Positions 21,702 through 31,449 are shown, numbered from the stretch's first letter. The stretch is 64,000 nucleotides of DNA from Candidatus Micrarchaeota archaeon (GCA_018819225.1 JAHJQN010000004.1:128001-192000), one strand, 5' to 3'. The notes: a model not told the origin generated them from the sequence alone. Translations and numbers: made by a program.

Positions 21702-21872
21702 ATGAAAATGGGATTTGGATTCTTTATAGGAGTTTTCCTCGTACTGTGGGGATTATTCGAGCTCGCGCGAAACTTCGGATATATTCCAAGAGAACTTAAT
21801 TTTCCGTGGTTTGCCATCCTGTTAATCGCCATCGGGCTATCCATGGTGTTGAAACGTGTCAAACCCCTTTAA
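21702..21872 (+). CDS. Small LiaF/LiaI-like two-TM membrane protein (56 aa)
   Basis: AGGTGA SD then ATG 21702; MKMGFGFFIGVFLVLWG...FPWFAILLIAIG; the longer ORF call from 21297 is an artefact. Confidence 0.75.
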   Translation: MKMGFGFFIGVFLVLWGLFELARNFGYIPRELNFPWFAILLIAIGLSMVLKRVKPL

Positions 21873-22019
21873 ATTACGCATTCCATCGACACGTACTAAG
21901 GACATGCATTCCGAAGACTTGGACATTCCACGAACGCGTGCCCCGGAAATCCGATCGCAAGAAAGATCAAAACAGGATACGGATCGATTGCATCGTCGCC
22001 GTCATTCCCATCGAGAAGA

Positions 22020-23456
22020 TTAGTCATCCTTTCCGTCCTGGATAACGGACTCGACGTAAATGGGTGCCTCCGTTAATTCAATGTCTTGAGCGTCCATCAT
22101 GCGTTCGACTCCCAAATGCGTCGTGACCAAAACACGACCCTCTAACTCTGAGGGAATTCGGTCGCCGGTTTCGCCCCACAGAACGTACGTTTTCCGATAA
22201 GCATCCTTTTCAAACACGTACTGATTCGCTTTGACTCGCCTCACGGATTGGAAGACGTTGAGTTTTTTTACCAACGTTTTAAGCGCTTTAAACACGGGAC
22301 GACGTTGACCCCGACTTGTCACCAAGGCCTCGGATTGTTTCTCTTTCGTGTCCAAATCCATGGCTTGAATGCGTCGATAGAATACTTTTTCAGCATCCGC
22401 AGCAAACGCTTTCACAAACCCTTCGGTAAGAATCAGCGCTTGTTCCTCATCCGTAATAAAGTAATCCCGATATTGCGCTTCATCGGATGGCGGGAATTCT
22501 CCGCTTCCAATTGAGTATCCAGTCAGCCATGCTTCCTTGAACAGGTTCCGCGTGCGCAGGAAGTCGGAGAGCTCGCCTATGCGGCCGTCCTCGGCTTCGT
22601 TGAACGAATGCAATGCCGCGATATCAAAATGGGTTTCAGCCCCTCCGGCCATGACATCCTGGAAATAACTGCGGTGTTCCGGCGAAAAACCAGCCATACT
22701 CCCCAAGAGAATTTGACAATCCTCGCACGCTTCACGAATCGCCGAGGACGTTAACTCTAAAAGGGTCAGATAATCTTTCACGTCTCCTTTAAAGAACTGA
22801 CGGGACGCCGTTCGGATCGAAGGTTCTGGAAACACTTCCCAGTATTTTACGGGCAGTTCGCGCGAGTTATTAGAATAACGCGAGACCGTCGCGCGAACGA
22901 ATGCGTGATAAGCGGTTTGATTGCAGGGAAGACAGCGTTTGACCGCCAGGTTTCCAAACGAAGGCGTGTTGCATGAAACCGGTCGACACGCCACCTGATC
23001 CCAATCGGCAAACGGCCATAAAATGCCTGCAATGATGAGATCGTTTTCAGCTGCTGCTTGAACGTATTCGTCGGCATCTGAAAAATCATAGGTTCCGGGT
23101 ACGCGTTCAATGCGCTGCCAATTGAACGGGCCTTCGAACGGCCGATCCCAATGAATTCCCAGTTCTTTAGCGAAACGAAAATCAAGTTCGCCCATCGAAT
23201 CGGAACCGCCTGCAGACATGACTCCAATACGCGCCTGCTCCAGTTCATGAAAACGTTCCGAAAAAGGCCAAGGAGTCGGGGAAGGCGATGCGGTTGCCGA
23301 AGGCGTCGGTGAAAACGTTGGAATCGTCGTAATGACGGGTCCTTCCGATGACACCGGCGTAGTCATTACCGTAGGAGTTGACTTGGCGTCTTGACCCGGC
23401 AACATGCAGCCCGCAAATATCAACGCAATAAAAATCAAGGGAAGAATCAAACGCAT
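22020..23456 (-). CDS. Clan GH-A glycoside-hydrolase-like lipoprotein (probably catalytically impaired)
   Basis: IFAGC lipobox, Thr/Pro linker, FNWQRIE..G.YDF, YWEVFPEP, FDIAALHSF, AWLTGY. Confidence 0.75.
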   Translation of the reverse strand: MRLILPLIFIALIFAGCMLPGQDAKSTPTVMTTPVSSEGPVITTIPTFSPTPSATASPSPTPWPFSERFHELEQARIGVMSAGGSDSMGELDFRFAKELGIHWDRPFEGPFNWQRIERVPGTYDFSDADEYVQAAAENDLIIAGILWPFADWDQVACRPVSCNTPSFGNLAVKRCLPCNQTAYHAFVRATVSRYSNNSRELPVKYWEVFPEPSIRTASRQFFKGDVKDYLTLLELTSSAIREACEDCQILLGSMAGFSPEHRSYFQDVMAGGAETHFDIAALHSFNEAEDGRIGELSDFLRTRNLFKEAWLTGYSIGSGEFPPSDEAQYRDYFITDEEQALILTEGFVKAFAADAEKVFYRRIQAMDLDTKEKQSEALVTSRGQRRPVFKALKTLVKKLNVFQSVRRVKANQYVFEKDAYRKTYVLWGETGDRIPSELEGRVLVTTHLGVERMMDAQDIELTEAPIYVESVIQDGKDD

Positions 23457-23508
23457 GAACCTCGTAGAAGGCGGGAGGAATTTAAAGGCTTCGGACCTAA
23501 TGCTTGGC

Positions 23509-23736
23509 ATGTGTTTGGCGATACCCGGAAAGATCGTGGCATTAAAGAACGAAGGTCGAACGGCCATCGTAAGTTATGGACGCGAGAAACGAGAAGCCGA
23601 CAATTCGATCACTCATTCGGTGGTGGGGGAATGGGTATTGGTGCAACAGCGCGTGGTCGTCGAAAAATTGACTGAACAAGATGCGGAAGAAGCATTAGCG
23701 GGTTGGAGACACGTCACGGAAAACGAACGCGGTTGA
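23509..23736 (+). CDS. hypC: Hydrogenase maturation chaperone HypC/HupF
   Basis: MCLAIPGKIV N-terminus, GEWVLV; TTTAAA box 28 nt upstream. Confidence 0.88.
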   Translation: MCLAIPGKIVALKNEGRTAIVSYGREKREADNSITHSVVGEWVLVQQRVVVEKLTEQDAEEALAGWRHVTENERG

Positions 23737-24448
23737 TCCGTTGCATGTTTTCATCCGTGTAATATTGCAGGCGCTTCACCTCCTCGAATGAAAGGGTTTC
23801 AACGGCTTCGTTCCAGTGAATGGAGATCCAATCGCCTTCGCGCGGATTAGGCAAACGTCCTTGCTGGACTTCGCGAACCATTTCACCAATGGAAAAACCG
23901 CGTTCATTCACGCTTAACCACGTCCCTTTTACCGTCAAATTCTCGTCGTGAATGGATTCGACGCGCCCCGCGTGAATCAAACAGTTATTCAAGTGCGCTT
24001 GAATGGGAGCGACTTTCGACGTCATGAAATTAATGTAGAGAACATGAAACGCGTGATTGGGAAACAAGGATTCTTTCAATTTCGAGGCCTTCTCCTCCGC
24101 AACGCGTTTTGGCAATAACCGCGGGGCACCCAATTGATCACGGATCATGCGTTGCAATTGAGATAGCGAAATGGCGTCCAGCAACGCGTTTCCGATCCAA
24201 TACGCTTCAATGACCTCCGAATCTAACGGATCGCGCCCATTGGAATGTGCAATCAGCGTCAAATAAGCGTACAACCCCTCAAACGAAGGGAATAAGGAGC
24301 GAACCGTGTTTGCATTTTGTTCGGAAGGCTTTTCAAGAAAGGCTTGAAATGACTTGAATGCGTCCTGCGCTCCACAATACTCTTTTTTGTTCGTAATGAA
24401 CGCGTAACGGCAAGCGCGTTTCAACGCTTCAAGACCGTTTTCCGGCAA
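23714..24448 (-). CDS. DUF6390-family protein
   Basis: RYAF..N..xYCG, FEGLYAYL.LIA, VIEAYWIGN, PNHAFHV, NCLI, ISIHW. Confidence 0.75.
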   Translation of the reverse strand: MPENGLEALKRACRYAFITNKKEYCGAQDAFKSFQAFLEKPSEQNANTVRSLFPSFEGLYAYLTLIAHSNGRDPLDSEVIEAYWIGNALLDAISLSQLQRMIRDQLGAPRLLPKRVAEEKASKLKESLFPNHAFHVLYINFMTSKVAPIQAHLNNCLIHAGRVESIHDENLTVKGTWLSVNERGFSIGEMVREVQQGRLPNPREGDWISIHWNEAVETLSFEEVKRLQYYTDENMQRINRVRFP

Positions 24449-25346
24449 GAATAAGACCCGGATTCTTCAATGAGTTGAACAACGCAGAGATTCCGACGAC
24501 GGTGATAGCACCCGTAACCATTAACAGCAACCCAATGCCTTTCTCCAAGGAAACCGTCTGGCCGAGGAATGCGAAAGAGAGCATGGCGGTAATGGGTTGA
24601 CCGAGCATGAGAATCGCGGTAGCCATACTCACCCGGATGTACTTCAACCCCGTATACCAGAATAAAACGAATAGCGTCAAGAAAGCGGTGGTCAGGAATA
24701 CCCATTGCCATTGCATGACGGATAAGGCCCCAACACCCGCCCATTTTCCGGTCAACGCCAAGTATCCCAATAGGAAGAGCGATCCGAAGAACATGCGTCC
24801 AAACGCCACGATGCGTCCGTTCAGGCGAGAGAGCACGTGCTTTGCCCACACGTTATCCGATGCCCAGAGAACCGTAGCCAATAGAATCATGGCATCCGCC
24901 ATCGAGAACGCCGCAAGATCCGAGAAAAAGAAGAAGTTGCCAAGAAGTAACAAAGCCGCTCCGGCTGCAAAGCGTACATCAAGCTTTTCCTTCAAGAATA
25001 TGACTGCGAGAAAAGACGCCCAAATGAATAACGTTTTGTGAATGAATCCCGCATTAACAGCCGTCGTCTGCTGGAGAGCATTAAAGAACAACAGAAACGG
25101 AAGAAAACCGCCAATAAAACCAATTCCGACGAGTGATATCCACTGACGCCCAGAAATCGCCTGCAGGTCCCTCCATTCCCTTAACAAGAACAGTACGGAT
25201 AGCAGGAAAACGGCCACCAAGCCATTCTTGAGAAAGGTGAATAAGGATGCATCAAACCCCCCAACCGCAAATTGATTCAGGAAAATAGATACTCCCGAAA
25301 TGAACGCAGTAATCAACGCGAAAACGATTCCCTTGGATTCCGACAT
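24429..25346 (-). CDS. EamA/DMT family transporter
   Basis: About ten TM helices in two repeats, FLKEKL motif. Confidence 0.88.
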   Translation of the reverse strand: MSESKGIVFALITAFISGVSIFLNQFAVGGFDASLFTFLKNGLVAVFLLSVLFLLREWRDLQAISGRQWISLVGIGFIGGFLPFLLFFNALQQTTAVNAGFIHKTLFIWASFLAVIFLKEKLDVRFAAGAALLLLGNFFFFSDLAAFSMADAMILLATVLWASDNVWAKHVLSRLNGRIVAFGRMFFGSLFLLGYLALTGKWAGVGALSVMQWQWVFLTTAFLTLFVLFWYTGLKYIRVSMATAILMLGQPITAMLSFAFLGQTVSLEKGIGLLLMVTGAITVVGISALFNSLKNPGLILAGKRS

Positions 25347-25403
25347 GCCATACCCCTCCGCACGAGCACGGTATTAAAATAACGAGGGAATAAAAGGCTT
25401 TTC

Positions 25404-25814
25404 ATGAAACGTAAAACCGTATTGGTTTTCGGGAATCCGTTAGTGGAAAACGACGCATTAGCCTTGAAAATCATGCCCGCACTCCAAAAAGAGTTTCCCG
25501 AAATTGAATTTAAGGAGTTCGATACCGCGGAAGATTTGGAAAAAGAGGGCCGTACCCTTCTCATATTGGACGTGGTGGAAGGATTGGAGACCGCGAAATG
25601 CATTTCAAATTTCGAGCAACTGCACACGCAAACCGTGTACTCATTACACGATTTTGACTTGGGAGTCACATTAAAACTTCTAAAAAAATTGGAGATCTTG
25701 GACGCATTTACGGTTTTTGGCCTGCCCATGAATGCGCGCCCAGACGACGCCCTTAAACAAGTGATTCCCTTGATCAAGTCCAGTTTACTTTCAGAAAGTG
25801 AGACGCGCAACTGA
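25404..25814 (+). CDS. Hydrogenase maturation protease-like protein (HycI/HybD family)
   Basis: VFGNPLVEND, ILDVVEG, SLHDFDL metal-binding motifs. Confidence 0.75.
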   Translation: MKRKTVLVFGNPLVENDALALKIMPALQKEFPEIEFKEFDTAEDLEKEGRTLLILDVVEGLETAKCISNFEQLHTQTVYSLHDFDLGVTLKLLKKLEILDAFTVFGLPMNARPDDALKQVIPLIKSSLLSESETRN

Positions 25815-27069
25815 AGCACGGATCGTATGCTCGAATCAATTTTTCCATTTCGAACGTGATTTTCTCCTTGCTCTTATCCAGATGCTCCGTCACCAACAAC
25901 TTCAAATCATCCTCCATATTGATTTGATTCTGGGCCGAAGGCGTCACAATGTTCGCGTATTGAATGGAACCGTCGGGTTTGATGGAAACCATGTAGTAGA
26001 GATTGCCGCGCGGCGCTTCAATGACCGCAACCCCCGTTGAATCCGTGTTCTTCGGTAAAGGAGCCGGTTGCACCGCCGCTTCCTTCTTGAAATCAGCGCC
26101 TTCCAGAATATCCAGGGCGTGGTCAATGCCGTGTAAAATCTCAATGCCTTGCGCCAAATTGTTATGAAAAATATTATTGGACGGAAACACGCTGATGAAT
26201 TTCTTCGCGTCCCTGATCGTATGGGGATGCAACGCCGCACGATTCAAGTTCATGCGCGGCAACGCCCCGACCATGTAATCCATTCCCTCAAATTCATATC
26301 CGGCGGATTGCGAGTACGGAATGACGACGCGCGTCAAATGCTCTCCGTAATGCTCTTCATGAACGCACAATCCTCGCGAGCTATGAATCATTCCATCCAA
26401 ATAATCGTATTGATCGGATACGAGCGCCACGTTGTGCGTCGTCCTCCGGAAATCGAACGGACAATCCAAGTAAATTTGAAGCAGATCCAGCACGTACGGG
26501 CGCACGTCCCTCAATTCCTTAATAACGGGTTGGATTTGTTCGGTAGTCGGTGCGACCGAATACCCGCCCACTTGGGAATAAATGCCGTGTATGGCGCGCC
26601 CGAGAATCATTTTTGACAACGCGTTTCCGGCACTTTTTACGTGAAACGCTTGGTGAAGCAGCTCCTTTTCCGGCCCTTCCAGATCCAGGACCGAATCTTT
26701 TCCCAACACGTCCGGAAGCGAAAACAAGTACAAGTGCATGGCATGATCCCGAATCATGAGCCCATCCATAGTCAATTGACGAAAGAGGCGCGATTGATCC
26801 GATATCGTGATATCCACCGCCTTTTCAACGGCTTCCAAAGAACAATTCAAATGAGCCACGCTACAGGTCCCACAAATACGGGAAACGAGTTGGGGCACCG
26901 TATGAAAGGGTCGGCCGCGCACCGCCTGTTCGTAAAATCGCTTGTTTTCATTTACTTTCAGCTTAACTTCCTGCACTTCCCCGCTTCGAATCTTCACATC
27001 GATTTCCGCGTGCCCTTCAATCTTGCTGATCTGATCAATCGTGATATCCAAATCCTGTTGATGCGACAA
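25774..27069 (-). CDS. [NiFe]-hydrogenase large subunit (group 3-like)
   Basis: IEGH, L1 RICGTCSVAH, EAPRG, L2 YDPCFSCASH plus 7-aa C-terminal tail. Confidence 0.95.
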   Translation of the reverse strand: MSHQQDLDITIDQISKIEGHAEIDVKIRSGEVQEVKLKVNENKRFYEQAVRGRPFHTVPQLVSRICGTCSVAHLNCSLEAVEKAVDITISDQSRLFRQLTMDGLMIRDHAMHLYLFSLPDVLGKDSVLDLEGPEKELLHQAFHVKSAGNALSKMILGRAIHGIYSQVGGYSVAPTTEQIQPVIKELRDVRPYVLDLLQIYLDCPFDFRRTTHNVALVSDQYDYLDGMIHSSRGLCVHEEHYGEHLTRVVIPYSQSAGYEFEGMDYMVGALPRMNLNRAALHPHTIRDAKKFISVFPSNNIFHNNLAQGIEILHGIDHALDILEGADFKKEAAVQPAPLPKNTDSTGVAVIEAPRGNLYYMVSIKPDGSIQYANIVTPSAQNQINMEDDLKLLVTEHLDKSKEKITFEMEKLIRAYDPCFSCASHFLKVNWT

Positions 27070-27070
27070 A

Positions 27071-27550
27071 TTACGTCACCCCGAACTCCTTCAAATAATT
27101 CTCCATCACTTTAACGAACGTCGGCTCAATAATCGGGCACCCCGGAACCACGGCATCCACCCTAACGAACGCGTTCAAAGGCTGCACCTTCTCCAAGTGC
27201 TGGAATTGTTGTAAAATGGGCCGAATTTCCTCGCGCGTTGCCTCATCAAAAAAGTTGCGATGATTGGAAGGCGCTCCGCTGATCGCGCACGTGCCAATGG
27301 CAACCACTTTCTTTGAATTCTCGCGAATCTCCAAAAGCTTTCTCCGGTCTTTATCGGAAGCAATCGCGCCTTCGACAAAAGAAACATCAATATCCGCCAT
27401 ATCGTTCTTGTTTCGCAAAACGCGAGCATGCACGAAATCAACCTTGTCCGCCCAATCCCTGATCTTGTAATTGAGGATTTCAACGAACGTAATAACGCAT
27501 CCTTCATCCCCCGTAAACGAGAAGATGCCCACCCGCAGTTTCTTGCCCAT
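27071..27550 (-). CDS. [NiFe]-hydrogenase small subunit, truncated (proximal-cluster domain only)
   Basis: FTGDEGC, VEGAI, AIGTCA, VPGCP; ends about 20 aa after GCP. Confidence 0.88.
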   Translation of the reverse strand: MGKKLRVGIFSFTGDEGCVITFVEILNYKIRDWADKVDFVHARVLRNKNDMADIDVSFVEGAIASDKDRRKLLEIRENSKKVVAIGTCAISGAPSNHRNFFDEATREEIRPILQQFQHLEKVQPLNAFVRVDAVVPGCPIIEPTFVKVMENYLKEFGVT

Positions 27551-27593
27551 GCGAAACGAACAACGCGAGCCTAAAAAAAGGTTTCCATTCTTT

Positions 27594-28370
27594 TCATTCA
27601 AAAAACGCGTCCATGGTTTTCTGCTTCCTTTGGAGACCCTTGATTTTCGCCGAAGGATTCCGGATTTCGTACTCCAGTTTAAAGTATTCCAATCCGGAAT
27701 GCTCCAACATCTTCAAGGCATTCGGCGTCACGTGCGGGGAACACAAGATGCCGCGAACGTGTTTCCCTTTGCGCTTGGACAGCTCCTGCACGTATCGCGA
27801 TAACTGAGACACGGCATCCAATCCGGCCTCGCGACGCTTGACTTCGATAACGACCAAATTCCGATCACGATCCTCCGCCAGAATGTCAATCGTGCCCTTA
27901 CGCATCTCGGATTCCTGTTGAAGCGGGATTAAACCCTTCTCGATGAGATGAAGATCCTGCATCAACAAATCGGATAACTCTCTCTCCGAACCAAACAATT
28001 TGAGCTTCTGGTCGTCCTTCAATGAAAACGCGTGCGCGGAATACACGTTAAAAAAGTGCACATCAATTCGTTCATTCAAACCCGTCCGCTTCTTACGAAC
28101 CGCGGATATGACCAGCGCTTCCTCCCCGTTTTCCCTTGAAATTCGGGTCGAAACCACCGCACCCGGGCCTTGATAATTGATGGCCGTCATCCCCTGGGTT
28201 TGATGCACTAAAAACGTGCCGTCATTCTTGATGAGTACGACGCGATCCCCTTCCGACAGCTTCGAGGCCGCTCGACCTTCATAACGGACCCGACAGCTCC
28301 CCACCAGTAAAGTAAACGCGCCCTCCTCTAAAGCGCTATTAACGACTCGCTGGGCCTCCATCAATTCCAT
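27594..28370 (-). CDS. nucS: Endonuclease NucS/EndoMS
   Basis: C.V.YEGRA.S.L, K.DGTFLVH, NYQ, IDILA.D, VVIEVKR, AVSQL.RY. Confidence 0.93.
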   Translation of the reverse strand: MELMEAQRVVNSALEEGAFTLLVGSCRVRYEGRAASKLSEGDRVVLIKNDGTFLVHQTQGMTAINYQGPGAVVSTRISRENGEEALVISAVRKKRTGLNERIDVHFFNVYSAHAFSLKDDQKLKLFGSERELSDLLMQDLHLIEKGLIPLQQESEMRKGTIDILAEDRDRNLVVIEVKRREAGLDAVSQLSRYVQELSKRKGKHVRGILCSPHVTPNALKMLEHSGLEYFKLEYEIRNPSAKIKGLQRKQKTMDAFFE

Positions 28371-28384
28371 AAATAAAAACAAAT

Positions 28385-28891
28385 CTAGTTCAATAGCAAT
28401 TTGGAAATGGCTTCACCAAAATCCTTGGCCGCCTTCGGGCCGTTTGCCGTGACAATCATTCCATCCACCGTTACCGGCGCTCCCGTATACTCCGCGCCCT
28501 TTTCTTTCAAACGCGGGGCCTCACTTTCGAAACACGTGGCTTGTTTTCCCGCCAACACACCCGCGTTCGCCAACGTAACCGGCGCAATGCATATGGCCGC
28601 CGTCGGTTTGCCCGCTCTCGAAAACGCGCGACAAAGATCATGCGCACGAGCGTCATTAAAGTAAATGCTGGCTCCCGCGCCGCCCACAAAAACAACGGCA
28701 TCATATTTTTCCGTTTGGACGTCCACGAACATCACGTCCGTAGACACCCGCTGGCCAAACTTGCTCGTGGACATGCGCTCGTACGAAGTCGTCACCACTC
28801 GAAAACCGCGGTTTTCAAAGACTTGCTTTGGATGAAAATATTCCTCATCCCGAAAATTCTTAGTGGAAATGACCATCAGAATTGTTTTCAT
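28385..28891 (-). CDS. DJ-1/PfpI family protein
   Basis: FRDEEY, YDAVVFVGGAG, AAICIAP, IVTANGP. Confidence 0.92.
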   Translation of the reverse strand: MKTILMVISTKNFRDEEYFHPKQVFENRGFRVVTTSYERMSTSKFGQRVSTDVMFVDVQTEKYDAVVFVGGAGASIYFNDARAHDLCRAFSRAGKPTAAICIAPVTLANAGVLAGKQATCFESEAPRLKEKGAEYTGAPVTVDGMIVTANGPKAAKDFGEAISKLLLN

Positions 28892-29020
28892 TTTGGCGAC
28901 TACCTTCCATGCGTTACACGGAGAAATTAGGCTGAGAAGTATAAAAAAGAGTTCGGTTGATCCCGAGCAGCCAACACAAGCCATTAATACTGGTCCAGCC
29001 ATAATCATTAAGTGAATACT

Positions 29021-29302
29021 ATGAAAACCGAATGCGACCACATTAAAGAAAACTCGGATCTTCCCAAAAAAAAGCGCGAATGCAACGAATGCGTGAAGGA
29101 GGGGGCGCAATGGACGTCATTACGCCAATGCCTGACCTGCGGTCACGTGGGCTGCTGTGATTCTTCCGAAAAGAAACACGCCACCAAACACTTTCATGAC
29201 CTTCGGCATCCCGTCATGCAATCATACGAAAAAGGCGATTCGTGGAAGTACTGCTATGTCCACCAAGATTTTGTTAATGCGAAATACGATACGAAATTTT
29301 GA
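29021..29302 (+). CDS. UBP-type zinc finger protein
   Basis: CDH..CNEC..W..LRQCLTCGHVGCCDSS..KHA.KHF..HP. Confidence 0.9.
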   Translation: MKTECDHIKENSDLPKKKRECNECVKEGAQWTSLRQCLTCGHVGCCDSSEKKHATKHFHDLRHPVMQSYEKGDSWKYCYVHQDFVNAKYDTKF

Positions 29303-29359
29303 AGCCTAAACCGCATCCATATATTCCCGAGCCGCTTGGTATGGCTCGGTGATTCAGGC

Positions 29360-29749
29360 ATGGATAGGGTTACGCACTTCGATGTCCCAGTAAACGACGT
29401 AAAACGCGCCAAGCAATTCTATGCGGAAGCGTTTCAGTGGCAATGTTCGGATGTTCCCGGAATGGGGTATACGATGATTACCACTACCGCAGTGGATGAT
29501 CAGCAAATGCCTAAACAACCGGGCGCCATCAATGGAGGAATGTTCAAGCGAAACAAGGAGCATCCGGTCCAGAATGTTACCGCGGTGGTCGCCGTGGATA
29601 ACCTAGAGGAAAAAATGAAGGCCGTTGAAGCGGCCGGGGGAAAAATCCTTGCGCCCGTTCAAAAAGTGGGCGAAATGGGTTTGCATGCGCTGGTCGAGGA
29701 TACCGAAGGAAATACTTTCGGAATTTGGCAATCCATCAAGAAAGGATAG
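29360..29749 (+). CDS. VOC/glyoxalase family protein
   Basis: VTHFDVP..D..RA..FY, GAINGG, DTEGNTFGIWQ. Confidence 0.9.
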   Translation: MDRVTHFDVPVNDVKRAKQFYAEAFQWQCSDVPGMGYTMITTTAVDDQQMPKQPGAINGGMFKRNKEHPVQNVTAVVAVDNLEEKMKAVEAAGGKILAPVQKVGEMGLHALVEDTEGNTFGIWQSIKKG

Positions 29750-29759
29750 ACGGCGTCCA

Positions 29760-29906
29760 TTAAATGTATCCGTGCATGGACGCATACAATAATACGCCGA
29801 TCAGGAAAAATGTGCCTCCCCAATACGTATTCCCTTGACTCAAAAGCCACGCTCCCATTCCTAACGCGACAAATTCCACGTAAAAAAATTCAGCGTGAGC
29901 CCGCAA
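29760..29906 (-). CDS. Putative 48-aa two-TM membrane peptide (not in ORF track)
   Basis: TTG 2 nt after FTR1 stop; MRAHAEFFYVEFVALGMGAWLLSQGNTYWGGTFFLIGVLLYASMHGYI fills the gap. Confidence 0.5.
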   Translation of the reverse strand: MRAHAEFFYVEFVALGMGAWLLSQGNTYWGGTFFLIGVLLYASMHGYI

Positions 29907-29908
29907 TG

Positions 29909-30739
29909 TCAAAACCCTCGATGTTTGGAATAGCGCGTATAAATTAAATACAACGAACCCACGTATAATGCATACGCCAATAATTGAAGCGCCGAAGGAT
30001 TCCCATCGTATCCGACCATGCCCTTCAACACACCCCCGATCAACCCCTTTTCATGCCAAAACGGATAGGAACCATCCGCTGATACCGGAGGATTCACGTT
30101 ATACACGTGCTCAACAAACGTGGGCAACACGTTCGCTTCCTGCAATTCATGGATGCCTTGAGAAAACAATCCCGCCGCAAGAAGAAGTAACAAGAGGCTC
30201 GTGTACTTGAAAAACCGGTTCAGATCCAGGTGAGCCAAACGCGAGAAAAACACGTAAGCAAGCAAAACGGCTGCAAGGGCCCCCAACACCACGCTGAACG
30301 CATTCAACGATCCGGTGCTCAGCGATATTCCTCCTAAAAACAAGACGACTTCCACGCCTTCCCGGAATACGGCCACAAAAGCAAACAACACGAGGCCCAA
30401 ACGATGCTCCTCATCCATCGTCACCTTCAGTTTTTGGTGGATGCGTTCCCGCAACCGCGTTTGTTGAAGCATCCACACCAGCAGCCATGTGACGAACAAG
30501 GAAGCCACCACCAGCAGAACGCCTTCAAACAACGCCTCGTTCGCTTCAAATCCTCCGGCAAACGTTTCGAAAGCGAATGCGGAGGCGATGCTCGCCAAAA
30601 CCGCTAATACGACTCCGAGATACACGAAGCGGTTGAATCGGGTGTTCCCTGTCTTATACAAATACGCGAGAATGATGCCGACCAGCAACGCAATCTCAAA
30701 AAATTCCCTGAAGGATACGACGAACTCTGCGAGTGACAC
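29909..30739 (-). CDS. FTR1/EfeU family iron permease
   Basis: Two RExxE motifs (FREFFE, FREGVE), about seven TM, HELQEA. Confidence 0.92.
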   Translation of the reverse strand: MSLAEFVVSFREFFEIALLVGIILAYLYKTGNTRFNRFVYLGVVLAVLASIASAFAFETFAGGFEANEALFEGVLLVVASLFVTWLLVWMLQQTRLRERIHQKLKVTMDEEHRLGLVLFAFVAVFREGVEVVLFLGGISLSTGSLNAFSVVLGALAAVLLAYVFFSRLAHLDLNRFFKYTSLLLLLLAAGLFSQGIHELQEANVLPTFVEHVYNVNPPVSADGSYPFWHEKGLIGGVLKGMVGYDGNPSALQLLAYALYVGSLYLIYTRYSKHRGF

Positions 30740-30870
30740 TTCGACACCTCAAACGAAAATAATCAGATGCCCCATTATATCGGGTATGATTTAAATACTT
30801 ACGGGTATCCGCATACGGATTAAACAACGCGTTTAAATTGCATGCACGCTTTAGATACTCGGTGAAAAAC

Positions 30871-31449
30871 ATGTCGTTGAACATCGCCGTCATTTACGGA
30901 TCCGTTCGAAGCGCTCGCGTGGGGTTGCGCGCCGCGAAATACATGGCCAACAAATGGAAAGACCGCGGACATGACGCGGAGATCATTGACCCTCAACAAT
31001 ACAATTTACCGATCATCGACAAGAAGTTTGCGGAATACCCCAAAGGAAAAGCCCCAAAAAACATCGCGGAAGTCGCTAAGAAACTGAATCAAGCGGACGG
31101 CTTCATCATCGTATCCGCGGAATACAATCACACGATTCCGCCGGCACTCAGCAACCTCCTGGACCACTATCGAACCGAGTATTCCTTCAAGCCCAGCGCC
31201 ATCGTCTCGTACTCGAATGGCAGTTTCGGAGGCGTGCGCGCCGCCGTTGCGTTGAGAACCATGCTCCCGGCATTGGGCATGCCCCCGATTCCCGCTTCAT
31301 TCCCTTTCCCGTACATCGAGAAAGCGTTGGATGCGGATGGCACGCCATTGGATCCCGCTTACAACCGGCGCATCAAGAAATTCCTGGATGAGTTCGAATG
31401 GTACGTAAATGCATTGAAGAACGCGCGAGCCAACGGCTTGCCGTACTAA
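30871..31449 (+). CDS. NADPH-dependent FMN reductase
   Basis: GSVR..R.G, AEYNH..P..L.N.LD, FGGVRA. Confidence 0.92.
   Translation: MSLNIAVIYGSVRSARVGLRAAKYMANKWKDRGHDAEIIDPQQYNLPIIDKKFAEYPKGKAPKNIAEVAKKLNQADGFIIVSAEYNHTIPPALSNLLDHYRTEYSFKPSAIVSYSNGSFGGVRAAVALRTMLPALGMPPIPASFPFPYIEKALDADGTPLDPAYNRRIKKFLDEFEWYVNALKNARANGLPY

Noticed and set aside
21897-22027. 43-aa minus-strand ORF after the GH-like gene
   Set aside because: No recognisable motif; insufficient support
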